Notes under the pieces: model-generated | Database searches by the model: none | Seen by the model: the letters and a program-made list of their open reading frames with translations, nothing else | Told to the model about the DNA's origin: nothing | Translations under genes and position numbers: made by a program | Source of the DNA: a virus | Taxonomy: Duplodnaviria; Caudoviricetes | Strand: one strand, 5' to 3' | Length of the DNA stretch: 26,347 bases | IMG/VR virus record: IMGVR_UViG_3300017705_000869 | Location: 1 to 26,347 of that record | Shown here: piece by piece, positions 8,897 through 18,326 of the stretch | How positions within the stretch are numbered: position 1 is the first letter of the stretch | How the letters are laid out: every line of letters starts with the position of its first letter

Positions 8897-9254
8897 ATTT
8901 AAGCCGTTCAACAAACACGTTCTTGTAGAAAAATTCCCACAAAAGAAAAAAGAAGATATAAGTCCTGTTTTAATCCCTGAAGGGGCAAAAATTGGTGAAG
9001 AAGAACGATACGGATTAGTTAAGTTTGTATGTTCAGCAAGCGATTGTGAATCATCTTTGGTACGATTGAATCCCGATCAAACGGCTTGGGCAACCCAAAC
9101 AGGAACAAGTGAAGATATATTTACTTCTTCAGCACGAAATAGCGATGTAATTTCTTTGGTTGTAGAGAATTCACAGATTGAACAAGTAACAATTAGAGAT
9201 AAAAAATATCATATTGTACACCAACGCCATATTATTGGCATTTTAGATGAATAG
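8889..9254 (+). CDS. groES: Divergent GroES/Cpn10-like co-chaperonin
   Basis: FKPFNKHVLVE...VLIP...YGLV at the N-terminus and KYHIVHQRHIIGIL at the C-terminus match GroES ends; the middle is atypical and longer. Confidence 0.65.
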   Translation: MCKFKPFNKHVLVEKFPQKKKEDISPVLIPEGAKIGEEERYGLVKFVCSASDCESSLVRLNPDQTAWATQTGTSEDIFTSSARNSDVISLVVENSQIEQVTIRDKKYHIVHQRHIIGILDE

Positions 9255-9263
9255 GAGCTAATT

Positions 9264-9554
9264 ATGGAACTACTAGACACAGATTTTACATTAACAATGT
9301 CTGAATTCATTAAATCTAGCAAAGAACTTGCTGATGCCGCGAAGTTATGTGATGACGATCCAATAAAACAGGATATGGTTTCATATATCAAAGAAGAATT
9401 TGACGAAACTCAATCCCGATCAGAAGGAATCAGAATTATGGTAACCAAAAATTTTGACACGAGCAGAGATTTTATTTTAGAAGAGGTAAAACTCATCACG
9501 GAAAAAAATTATTCGATGGCAGAGAAAATAAGAAACACTTTAGAAGGACTATAA
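9264..9554 (+). CDS. Hypothetical protein
   Basis: 96-aa ORF preceded by AGGAG, in the co-directional gene run. Confidence 0.7.
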   Translation: MELLDTDFTLTMSEFIKSSKELADAAKLCDDDPIKQDMVSYIKEEFDETQSRSEGIRIMVTKNFDTSRDFILEEVKLITEKNYSMAEKIRNTLEGL

Positions 9555-9557
9555 CAA

Positions 9558-10004
9558 ATGAAACGATTTTTGCCATTTTTGGCTGTTTTTACATTATTAT
9601 GTTGCACAACAAACGAAGCATATGCAGCGCCAAAAACTATAAAAACAAAAAAGTATTTACAAAGAATAAAGAAAAACATTTATGATGAGTTTTCGCAAAC
9701 GCATTTGCGTAGCAGAATTGTAGAAGTGAACATAAAGAATATCAGAAACAACCCAATTGTGCAGATTATGTGGCACCCGTTCAAGACACAGGACATTACA
9801 AAAGATACTTTTGTTATTGTTCAAGTAATTGATAAGTTTGTGCCAAATTTTACGTCAATCACATTGAAGGCAATTAACCCAAAGCGTATGCGTTGGACAA
9901 AGCAAGTTTTCTGGGATGAAACAATTAAAAGAGAAAACCTTATTTTTGTAGTTCCAGAAAATGGCAGACCCGGCGGAACTTCAATTCACCCGTTGTCAAA
10001 TTAA
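9558..10004 (+). CDS. Hypothetical exported protein with a signal peptide
   Basis: MKR, hydrophobic core FLPFLAVFTLL, then CC and an AYA-A cleavage-like site; basic mature part. Confidence 0.65.
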   Translation: MKRFLPFLAVFTLLCCTTNEAYAAPKTIKTKKYLQRIKKNIYDEFSQTHLRSRIVEVNIKNIRNNPIVQIMWHPFKTQDITKDTFVIVQVIDKFVPNFTSITLKAINPKRMRWTKQVFWDETIKRENLIFVVPENGRPGGTSIHPLSN

Positions 10005-10006
10005 CT

Positions 10007-10933
10007 ATGGTCTTCCCTCCGATTGAGGATGTAAAGTTTGATTATGAAAAAGTTGTTATTGGTTCATCAATTGAAGCATTGCTTTATTGCTACTACAATA
10101 ATGTCCCTTTCGTATATGCAAAAATGGAATCTCCAGCCCGGTTTTCTTATTTTGATTACGAATTTGACTTGTCCATCTTTCAGTTAGATAACTCTACTAC
10201 AATTCTCACTACCTTTCCACCTACAGATGAATCCCGAGGAACTCCTAAATCTGTTCTTTGGGAACACCTATATTTTTGTTTGTCTTTAGCAGGTTTAAAC
10301 CCGTTAGCCGATAAAGTTTCTTCAATAAGAATTGAAGATAACAGAATTAGGGTGTTCACACATAAAGCCAGATCGGCAACGATCAACGCAAATAAGGTTA
10401 TTGTTTTCAATCCAACTGGAATCTCTGGTATACCATCTCCTAAAATCATACCAGAGAAGAAATATAAAGTGTATGATTGGATTAATGTCCGAAGCGGCTT
10501 AAAGCACAAATATGATCTTATTCAAGACCCAGACACAGACTTTGTTCAGAAAATCTTTTTCTATCCCACCGATAGAATTGACGGCGACCAAATTTATAAA
10601 GATGCTTGTGCTGTATCTTATATGACGGAAGCACAACTGACAGATCCTGATAATTCTGACATAAATGCTAGATTTAAAGTTCGTTATATGATGCGCCTCG
10701 CCGGTCTTAGAGGGCCAAAAAATGGATATGATTCAAAAGATCCAACAAAACAAAAATACAGACCTTTGCGAATTGAGAGTTCTCACCGAGAGATACAACT
10801 ATTGACACCTCCCATTTATGAATCAACAGATTTCATTGAGTTTAAAAGTGACACAATCGATGATATAATGAAAGATCAGGTAAAAGATTCTTATGTCAAA
10901 CAACTATACAGAAGAACACATAGTCAATATTAA
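10007..10933 (+). CDS. Hypothetical protein with a degenerate FAD/NAD-binding oxidoreductase-like fold
   Basis: YEKVVIGSSIEAL resembles YDVVVIGGGxxGL; KVSSIRIEDNRIRVFT...INANKVIV resembles the flavoprotein beta-meander. The glycine motif is lost. Confidence 0.45.
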   Translation: MVFPPIEDVKFDYEKVVIGSSIEALLYCYYNNVPFVYAKMESPARFSYFDYEFDLSIFQLDNSTTILTTFPPTDESRGTPKSVLWEHLYFCLSLAGLNPLADKVSSIRIEDNRIRVFTHKARSATINANKVIVFNPTGISGIPSPKIIPEKKYKVYDWINVRSGLKHKYDLIQDPDTDFVQKIFFYPTDRIDGDQIYKDACAVSYMTEAQLTDPDNSDINARFKVRYMMRLAGLRGPKNGYDSKDPTKQKYRPLRIESSHREIQLLTPPIYESTDFIEFKSDTIDDIMKDQVKDSYVKQLYRRTHSQY

Positions 10934-11813
10934 ATCCTTTCACCTTGCAGGTATTGTCCCGGTCGCTGGACAACCGTTAGATTATCAACTACCATGGCAC
11001 GATTGTATGCAACCGATTTCACAAAATTTTCTTGCTGTTGAACGAGCAGTTTTAGAGTGCGCCACCGCCGGTTGTGAAACCATTTGGATTGTGTGCCCTC
11101 CAAAAATGCAACCTCTAATAAAACACAGAATAGGAGAAATGGTTGAGGATCCAGTATGGGTTGGAAGAAAATTCGATTATTTCCCCAGCGAAAGTAAAAA
11201 AGCAATTCCAATTTATTATGTAGAAACTCATCCGAAAGATAAGAATAAAAAAGACTCCCTGGTGTGGAGTATAATTTATGGTGCTAAAGTGGCAACCAAA
11301 GTTTGTTGTCAATTATCAAAATGGCTGCAACCCGATAAGTTTTATGTTGCTTTTTCTTACGGTGTGTTCCCCTCACAACACGTTCGGAAATTTAGAGAAG
11401 AAATATCAAGACCCGGAAATTTTTTATTGCTGACACCCGAAGGCAATTCTGTGGTTAACGATGAATATATTGGTTTTGCGTTTGACGCAAAAGATGTAAC
11501 AAAATATTCACAAATCTTTTTGAGAAAAGCAACAGGTATTTTTGAACCTAACGGTCCTTTAAGAGAAGGTAAATATCCAATAAATAAATTACCTGCTTCT
11601 AAGCAATATTCTGGAAGATACTTTAATCTATCAGATATATTTGGAACAATTGAGCCTAGTTTTTCAGTCGAAATGTCCTGGTATTATAACATAAGTTCTT
11701 GGGAAGGGTATTGCAAATATATTGGATCAGAAGACCAAAAGAATATGAATAGACCAAAAAGCGATATGTTGAGATATAGAACTTGGAACAAGGTTGGTGA
11801 AGACGATGAATAA
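10893..11813 (+). CDS. Degenerate sugar-phosphate nucleotidyltransferase-like (GT-A/RmlA-like) protein
   Basis: LAGIVPVAG...CMQPI...AVERAVLECATAGCETIWIV...IKHRIG follows the NTP_transferase N-terminus but lacks GxGTR; start uncertain. Confidence 0.55.
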   Translation: MSNNYTEEHIVNIKSFHLAGIVPVAGQPLDYQLPWHDCMQPISQNFLAVERAVLECATAGCETIWIVCPPKMQPLIKHRIGEMVEDPVWVGRKFDYFPSESKKAIPIYYVETHPKDKNKKDSLVWSIIYGAKVATKVCCQLSKWLQPDKFYVAFSYGVFPSQHVRKFREEISRPGNFLLLTPEGNSVVNDEYIGFAFDAKDVTKYSQIFLRKATGIFEPNGPLREGKYPINKLPASKQYSGRYFNLSDIFGTIEPSFSVEMSWYYNISSWEGYCKYIGSEDQKNMNRPKSDMLRYRTWNKVGEDDE

Positions 11814-11832
11814 TTATTCGAAGAGAAACTAC

Positions 11833-11861
11833 TTGACATTTTACTTACAATCCGGTATCAT
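11833..11861 (+). promoter_or_regulatory. Sigma70-type promoter of dnaE (predicted leaderless transcript)
   Basis: TTGACA (11833-11838), 17 bp spacer, TATCAT (11856-11861); the ATG begins 7 nt after the -10 element. Confidence 0.8.
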
Positions 11862-11867
11862 AGCTGT

Positions 11868-14800
11868 ATGAATAAATCGAATATCCCCTTTGTAGGATTA
11901 CACGCTCACTCAACGGCAGGCTCGCCGTTTGATGCTATTGGTTATCCTCAACAACATATGGATTTTGCTTATGAAAATGGCTGTGATGCCTTAGCATTGA
12001 CTGACCACGGAAATTGTAATGGTCTAGCATACCAAGTTCTTCACGCAAAGTCAATGGAAAAGGAAGGGAAGAGTTTCAAGCCTATCTATGGTGTTGAAGC
12101 TTATTTTACACCGTCACTGACCGAATGGTCAAAAGTTTACGAACAAAGTAAAAAAGATAAGAAAAGGAAAAAGATTAAGACAAGTTCTGGTTTTTCGCTT
12201 GAAGATGAAGCCGAAACAAAATCTACAAAAGATATTCTAAATCGCCGTCGACATCTTGTTTTATTGGCTCAAAATAGAACAGGTCTAAACAACATTTTTA
12301 AACTGATCTCACAGTCATATAAGCCTGGAAACTTTTATCGGTTTCCGCGTATTGATTATGATCTTCTCCGTACTCACAATGAAGGTATTATCGCGTCCTC
12401 TGCTTGTTTGGGCGGTGTTTATGCAGGCGATTTGTGGGAAAATATGGACAATGGGGATGAGGCTATCCTCAATGCTATGCGTAAAACTACTGAAAATATG
12501 CAAAGTATTTTAGGTGATCGGTGGTATGCAGAGCTTCAATGGTTTAAACACCCAACTCAAATGAAACTGAATACTTTGATTATTCAGGTTGCAAAAGAAT
12601 ATGGGCTCGATCTTATTTCAACAGCCGATAGTCATTACTTCAATCCAGAGGTTTGGAAGTCCCGAGAACTCTACAAGCGATTCCGACCAGGCGCTACAGC
12701 ATTCTTTGGCGAGATGGCAGAAAATTTGGAAGAATATGGAATGGAGCTTTATCCCAAAAACGGTGATCAAATGTATGCTTCATACAAGAAGTATTCTTCT
12801 GAATTGGGATATAAGTTCGATGATGAATTGGTCAAGGAATCAATTGCGCGAACACATTATATCGCTCATCAACGAATTGAAAAGTTTTACCCAGATAATA
12901 CAGTTCGTTTGCCTTCGTTTGTAATTCCAGAAGGTATGGGTGAGAATGAAGCTTTGAGCGTAGCAGCAAGTAATAGTTTGCAAGCAAAAGGTTATCAAGA
13001 AAAAGAATACCTTGATCGCCTTCAACACGAGCTACAAGTAATCAAAGATCGCGGTTTTAGTCGTTATTTTTTGACGATGAAAGCAATCGCTGATAAAGCT
13101 ACTTCTATGCAAATCACTGGTCCTTCACGCGGATCTGCTGGTGGTTCGCTAGTTGCATACGCTTTGGGAATTACACAAATTGATCCAATCAAGTATGGTC
13201 TTCTATTCAGTAGATTTTTGCGGGCGGATGCAAAAGATTATCCAGATATCGATTACGATGTTTCTGACCCTATGGTGTTAAAAGAAGCTTTGATCGATGA
13301 ATGGGGTGAAGATAATGTTGTTCCAATTTCAAACTGGAACACTTTACAGTTGCGTTCTCTTCTCAAAGATATTGCAAAGTTTTATGATATCCCCTACCAG
13401 GAAGTAAACCTTGTTACCAAAAAGATGGTTTTTGAAGCAATCGGTCCTGCTAAGAGAGACCACGGAATCAAAGCTGGGGTTTATGATCCTACCTTTGAGG
13501 AACTAATCAAATATTCAACCAGTCTTAAAGACTTTCTAAATAAATATCCACAAGTAGAAACACACGTTCGCACTTTGAAAGGTCAAGTTCGTTCGTGTTC
13601 GCGCCACGCCGGGGGTCTTGTCGTTGGAGAGGATCTGAACAAGTATATGCCTCTGATTTATAGTGGAGGCGTAAGACAAACCCCATGGACTGAAGGTCAA
13701 AATGTTCGTCACCTTGAACCAATGGGTTTCATTAAATTTGATATTCTCGGTCTCGGCACCCTGCGTATGATTGAAGATGCTGTTCGCAGTATTTTGATTA
13801 GCAAAGGAAATGAAGATCCTTCATTTGAAGACATCAAAAAGTTTTATGATGATAACCTACACCCTGATGTAATGAACTTTGCAGATCAAAAGGTCTATAA
13901 GAATATTTTTCATGGTGGGAAGTGGGCAGGAGTATTTCAATTTACAGAAACCGGCGCTCAAGCATTTTGTGAAAGAGCAAAGCCAAACAGCCTAATTGAC
14001 ATTGCCGCTATTACTTCTATCTTTCGCCCTGGTCCATTGAGTGCAAAGGTTGATAAAAGATACGTTGAAGCAAAGCAAGCACCAAGAATGATCAAATACA
14101 TTCATCCAATTGTTAAGGACGTTACAAAAGAAACTTATGGGTTTCTTATTTTTCAGGAGCAGATTGCTATTTTGGCTCACCGGCTTGGTAAAAATATTAG
14201 CCTTGACGAAGGTAATCTATTGCGAAAGCTTTTGACCAAAAAAGGTACAGGTAAGGGAGCACGCGAAAAGGATAAGATTCACGATAAGTTCCTCACAGGC
14301 TGTCGTGAAAAAAACATTTCTGACGCCGAAGCTGAAAATCTGTGGAAAACATTTGAATATTTCAGTGGCTATGGTTTCAATAAGTCTCACGCAGTTGGAT
14401 ACAGCGTTCTATCTTTTCAATGTGCCTGGTTGTTAAACTATTATCCAACAGAGTGGCTCACCGCATTTCTAAACAAAGAACCCGAAACGCGAAAAGAAAA
14501 AGCAATCAATATTGTAAAAAATCTTGGTTATGATATTCAAGAAGTCAATATCAATGTATCTGGTCGTAATTGGGAAACATCGGAAGATGGGAAGTTGATT
14601 CAGCCTCTTACCTCAATCAAAGGTCTGGGCGACGCAGCTATGGATCAAATTCTTGCTCATAGACCATTCAACACACCAGAAGAGATGTTATTCAATGAAG
14701 AGATCAGTTATTCAAAGTTCAACAAAAAAGCTTTGGATGTTTTGGTTCGCTCCGGTGCATGTGATGTCGTCGCGGATGACCGATTCAAGCACTGTCGACA

Positions 14801-15260
14801 TTTTTGGTTATCTGTTGTAGATAACCGACCGAAGACCAAGAAGAAGTTCCTCGAAAACATTCAAAAGTGTAAATCTGAACCAGATTTCACTGAAGAAGAG
14901 AAGATTGAAAATCTTGTATCATTGACGGGAATTTTCCCCTTTGATATTGTTGTGGATAAAAAGGTACGCGAAAGGATCAAAGCTAATTATGTTCCACCGA
15001 TTTCTTTGTTCGATGAAGATTTACTTCTTTGCTGGTTTATTCCAAGAGAGGTTACAGAAAAAACAACCAGGAATGGTAAAAAGTTTTGGATTGTTAATGT
15101 TATTGATGATACTTGTCAGACAAACCAAATTAAGTGTTGGAATGTAAAACCAGGAGATCAGGTTCATATGAATCGGCCATACATCGCCAAACTTCAATAT
15201 GACGAGCAGTGGGGTTTTTCAACCAGATCAATGAGATATAGTTTTAAGTTAGTAGGATAA
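11868..15260 (+). CDS. dnaE: DNA polymerase III alpha subunit (family C)
   Basis: PHP motifs HAHS, LTDHG, GVEAY, SACL and ADSHY; GPSRGSAGGSLV; catalytic PDIDYD; RHAGG; KFDILGL; FQEQ; YGFNKSHA; IKGLG; 1130 aa. Confidence 0.96.
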   Translation: MNKSNIPFVGLHAHSTAGSPFDAIGYPQQHMDFAYENGCDALALTDHGNCNGLAYQVLHAKSMEKEGKSFKPIYGVEAYFTPSLTEWSKVYEQSKKDKKRKKIKTSSGFSLEDEAETKSTKDILNRRRHLVLLAQNRTGLNNIFKLISQSYKPGNFYRFPRIDYDLLRTHNEGIIASSACLGGVYAGDLWENMDNGDEAILNAMRKTTENMQSILGDRWYAELQWFKHPTQMKLNTLIIQVAKEYGLDLISTADSHYFNPEVWKSRELYKRFRPGATAFFGEMAENLEEYGMELYPKNGDQMYASYKKYSSELGYKFDDELVKESIARTHYIAHQRIEKFYPDNTVRLPSFVIPEGMGENEALSVAASNSLQAKGYQEKEYLDRLQHELQVIKDRGFSRYFLTMKAIADKATSMQITGPSRGSAGGSLVAYALGITQIDPIKYGLLFSRFLRADAKDYPDIDYDVSDPMVLKEALIDEWGEDNVVPISNWNTLQLRSLLKDIAKFYDIPYQEVNLVTKKMVFEAIGPAKRDHGIKAGVYDPTFEELIKYSTSLKDFLNKYPQVETHVRTLKGQVRSCSRHAGGLVVGEDLNKYMPLIYSGGVRQTPWTEGQNVRHLEPMGFIKFDILGLGTLRMIEDAVRSILISKGNEDPSFEDIKKFYDDNLHPDVMNFADQKVYKNIFHGGKWAGVFQFTETGAQAFCERAKPNSLIDIAAITSIFRPGPLSAKVDKRYVEAKQAPRMIKYIHPIVKDVTKETYGFLIFQEQIAILAHRLGKNISLDEGNLLRKLLTKKGTGKGAREKDKIHDKFLTGCREKNISDAEAENLWKTFEYFSGYGFNKSHAVGYSVLSFQCAWLLNYYPTEWLTAFLNKEPETRKEKAINIVKNLGYDIQEVNINVSGRNWETSEDGKLIQPLTSIKGLGDAAMDQILAHRPFNTPEEMLFNEEISYSKFNKKALDVLVRSGACDVVADDRFKHCRHFWLSVVDNRPKTKKKFLENIQKCKSEPDFTEEEKIENLVSLTGIFPFDIVVDKKVRERIKANYVPPISLFDEDLLLCWFIPREVTEKTTRNGKKFWIVNVIDDTCQTNQIKCWNVKPGDQVHMNRPYIAKLQYDEQWGFSTRSMRYSFKLVG

Positions 15261-15277
15261 CTGAAAGGAAAATATAA

Positions 15278-16273
15278 ATGATAAAAGCAGATGTAGTAGT
15301 AGATTTACAGTATGGGGATTGCGGTAAGGGAAAGGTAGTTCATTCTCTATTGAAGGATGGTAATTATACACATTGTGTGAGGTTCAATGGCGGCTGCAAT
15401 GCTGGGCATACTATCTTTCACGATGGTAAAAAGTATATAACTCACCATATTCCAGCGGGAGTTTTTTATGGTATTAAGTCTATTATTGGACCTGGATGTG
15501 TGGTAAACGTTGATTATCTAATGGATGAAATCAATGAACTAGAACAAAACGGAATTGATGTTAAATCTAATTTGAGGATTGCTTCAAATGCACACATTAT
15601 TGGTCGCCACCACATTGAAGAAGAAGAAGGCGAAAACAAAATTGGGACAACAAAAAGAGGTAATGGTCCCGCCTATCGAGATAAGTACGCAAGGGTTGGA
15701 AAGAGAGCAAAATCAATTTATGAATTGAAAGAATATATAATTGATATGTATGATGAGTTCTATCAAGATTGTCCTGATGCGGTAGTTCTTTTTGAGGGAG
15801 CCCAAGGTTTTGGATTAGATATTGACCACGGTGATTATCCATTTGTATCGAGTTCGCACTGTACAACTGCTGGCGCTCTATTAAACGGATTTCCCCCTCA
15901 ATGTATCGATAAAATTATTGGCGTCTGCAAGCCTTATCAGACGTATGTTGGAGCAAAGAAGTTTCAACCAGATGAGCCAATTTTTGATGAATTGAGAGAA
16001 GTAGGTGGAGAGTTCGGGGCTACGACTGGTCGCCCTCGTCAATGTAACTGGTTTGATTTAGACATGGTGAAGAGAGCGATTCAAATGAATGGGGTTACAG
16101 ACCTTATCATTAATAAGATGGATATATTAAAAGAACTTGACAAGTGGAACATAATAGGGTATGATGGTGTTATGGATTTGGAATCACATTCTGAGTTTAA
16201 AAGTTATATGAATAAAACGTTTGGAGATATGGATGTAAGGACATTTTATTCTTATCATCCTGACAGAATATGA
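15278..16273 (+). CDS. purA: Adenylosuccinate synthetase, short form
   Basis: QYGDCGKGK (catalytic Asp kept), NAGHT, IGTTKRGNGPAY, EGAQG, LDIDHGDYPFV, TTGRPRQ and NKMD; 331 aa. Confidence 0.92.
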   Translation: MIKADVVVDLQYGDCGKGKVVHSLLKDGNYTHCVRFNGGCNAGHTIFHDGKKYITHHIPAGVFYGIKSIIGPGCVVNVDYLMDEINELEQNGIDVKSNLRIASNAHIIGRHHIEEEEGENKIGTTKRGNGPAYRDKYARVGKRAKSIYELKEYIIDMYDEFYQDCPDAVVLFEGAQGFGLDIDHGDYPFVSSSHCTTAGALLNGFPPQCIDKIIGVCKPYQTYVGAKKFQPDEPIFDELREVGGEFGATTGRPRQCNWFDLDMVKRAIQMNGVTDLIINKMDILKELDKWNIIGYDGVMDLESHSEFKSYMNKTFGDMDVRTFYSYHPDRI

Positions 16274-16542
16274 AAACTCAAAAAATAGATGATTATGGTA
16301 ATTTGATGAGAAAACAAATTATCAATAAGATAAACGAAGAAATCAATAAGCCTTGGGGGACTGAGTGCCGTCAAGGTGGCAAAAAGATTCACCTACCTAT
16401 GCACTGGAAGAAACCGGTGAGAGATATGAATATTTGTGAAATATATCGTAAGAAAGGTTGGTATGTATTTCACTATATGGATGGACCGACAGAAGAATAT
16501 ATTGTTGTACGCCATCCAAAATATTTTAGTTATAAGGGATAG
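16270..16542 (+). CDS. Hypothetical protein
   Basis: 90-aa ORF with ATGA overlap to purA. Confidence 0.65.
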   Translation: MKTQKIDDYGNLMRKQIINKINEEINKPWGTECRQGGKKIHLPMHWKKPVRDMNICEIYRKKGWYVFHYMDGPTEEYIVVRHPKYFSYKG

Positions 16543-16545
16543 AAG

Positions 16546-16764
16546 ATGTTTTTTGACACACTAGAGACGTTTAAGTTGATAATCGGCATAGAAGAGATTG
16601 AAGCCGAAACAACTTCCACTGTTACTGAGTATCTCACTGAAAGGGCAGTTGAATATTCAAATCGATTGGGAATCCAATATAAAAGAGTGAGAGAATTTGA
16701 CATGGTAAAAGATCCTCTCTCTGGTGGTTATGTATTAATTTTCATGTGTGAGAATGGTTTTTAG
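16546..16764 (+). CDS. Hypothetical protein
   Basis: 72-aa ORF that fills the gap between neighbouring genes. Confidence 0.6.
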   Translation: MFFDTLETFKLIIGIEEIEAETTSTVTEYLTERAVEYSNRLGIQYKRVREFDMVKDPLSGGYVLIFMCENGF

Positions 16765-16776
16765 AAAGGAAAATAA

Positions 16777-17259
16777 ATGTTAGTAGAATATTATAGAATT
16801 AGGGGAGATGTACAGCCTCCCGAAAGAGCAAACCCCTCAGATGCGGGTCTGGACCTAAAATACAATCCAGTGCCAAAGGGGTTTATGCCAAATACAGAAG
16901 TTGATTATATTGTAATTGATCCGGGTGATAGTGTCGTATTGCCAACTGGTTATCGTTTTGGTATTCCTCACGGATATATGTTAGAGATCAAAAATCGCTC
17001 TGGTATGGCAGCAAAGAAATCTTTAGTTGTCGGGGCTTGTGTTGTTGATTCAGGATATGATGGTGAAGTTTTTATCAATCTTCATAACATTGGTCATCAT
17101 CCACAAACAGTTACTTGTGGAGACAAGATTGCACAAGCAGTTATGATTCCAGTTGTTCATTTCCGAGCAGTGGAAACTCAAAACAAGGATCTATATGGTT
17201 GGTATCCGATTACTATTTCTGATCGTGGCGATGGAAAACTTGGGAGCACAGGCAAATAA
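16777..17259 (+). CDS. dut: Trimeric dUTPase
   Basis: All five motifs present: AGLDL, RSG, VVDSGYDGE, KIAQ and RGDGKLGSTG. Confidence 0.95.
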   Translation: MLVEYYRIRGDVQPPERANPSDAGLDLKYNPVPKGFMPNTEVDYIVIDPGDSVVLPTGYRFGIPHGYMLEIKNRSGMAAKKSLVVGACVVDSGYDGEVFINLHNIGHHPQTVTCGDKIAQAVMIPVVHFRAVETQNKDLYGWYPITISDRGDGKLGSTGK

Positions 17260-18326
17260 TGAAATGTTTAAGTTATGATGATGTATTGCTTGAACCGCAA
17301 TATTCTTCAATAATATCTCGTGAAGATATCAATCTTTCATCAAATTTAGGATTTGGAATGGATTTTGATGTTCCATTTATCTCTTCTCCAATGGACACGG
17401 TAACTGAAGATAAAATGGCAATGAGCATGGCGATACACGGCGGTTTAGGAATTGTCCATCGTTATAACACAATTGATAAACAAGTTGAAATGTATAAAAA
17501 TTGTTCAACAACGATAACTCCCGGCTGTGCTGTCGGGGTTAGTGGAGATTATTTAGACCGAGCCCGAGCATTAATAGATGCTGGGTGTAGAATTCTCTGT
17601 GTTGATGTTGCTCACGGTCACCATCTATTGGTACGCCAAGCTCTGGATGGGCTAAATTCCATTTCGGCGCTTTCTATTCATATTATGGCAGGAAATGTAG
17701 CATCCGCAAAAGCCTATAGAGATTTGGTTTCTTGGGGGGCTCATTCAGTTCGAATTGGTGTTGGTGGTGGTTCTATTTGTTCAACGCGAATTCAAACAGG
17801 GCATGGTATTCCAACATTTCAAGCTGTTAGGGATTGTTTTTCGGAAAAGAAAAAGATGTTCGCTGAAGGTCTTGATGTTGTTCCTATCATTGCTGACGGT
17901 GGTATAAAAAACAGTGGTGATATTGTTAAAGCTCTTGCCGCAGGTGCTAATTTTGTTATGCTAGGATCTTTACTGGCAGGAACAAATGAATCACCAGGAA
18001 AAGAAAAATTGGAATATTATAGAAGTGGGCAGGCATGGGGACGAGGTCTTCACTCCATACCTATCCGCAAAAAGTTATATCGCGGTATGGCGAGCAAGGA
18101 AGCCCAAATCGATTGGAAAGGAACATACTCTTCAGATGAGGGAATTGAAACTTGGATTGATGCAAAAGGTCCAGTTAGTGAAATAATACAAAGCCTCGTT
18201 GGGGGAGTTAGATCGGGTTTGTCTTATACTGGCGCAAGAAACATTGCTGAATTACAAGACAACGCCGTATTTAAACTACAGTCCCCTCTCGGCGCGCTGG
18301 AGAGTTCTACTCATATTATGAAATGA
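17259..18326 (+). CDS. IMPDH/GMP reductase family enzyme without CBS domains; more likely a GMP reductase
   Basis: [37 protein letters not shown] (catalytic Cys), [21 protein letters not shown] and GLSYTG. The IMPDH Arg-Tyr flap dyad is absent after YRGMAS. Confidence 0.88.
   Translation: MKCLSYDDVLLEPQYSSIISREDINLSSNLGFGMDFDVPFISSPMDTVTEDKMAMSMAIHGGLGIVHRYNTIDKQVEMYKNCSTTITPGCAVGVSGDYLDRARALIDAGCRILCVDVAHGHHLLVRQALDGLNSISALSIHIMAGNVASAKAYRDLVSWGAHSVRIGVGGGSICSTRIQTGHGIPTFQAVRDCFSEKKKMFAEGLDVVPIIADGGIKNSGDIVKALAAGANFVMLGSLLAGTNESPGKEKLEYYRSGQAWGRGLHSIPIRKKLYRGMASKEAQIDWKGTYSSDEGIETWIDAKGPVSEIIQSLVGGVRSGLSYTGARNIAELQDNAVFKLQSPLGALESSTHIMK

Noticed and set aside
5654-15260. Inteins or self-splicing introns in dnaB, nrdJ or dnaE
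   Set aside because: Lengths are normal or short, conserved motifs are contiguous, and no intein or homing-endonuclease signatures were seen.
15278-16273. PurZ / 2-aminoadenine (Z-genome) system, suggested by PurA-like + MazG-like + PolA genes
   Set aside because: The catalytic Asp is retained (YGDCGKG; PurZ has Ser), TTGR and the GTP-specific NKxD are PurA-like, and no HD-domain dATPase (DatZ) is seen.
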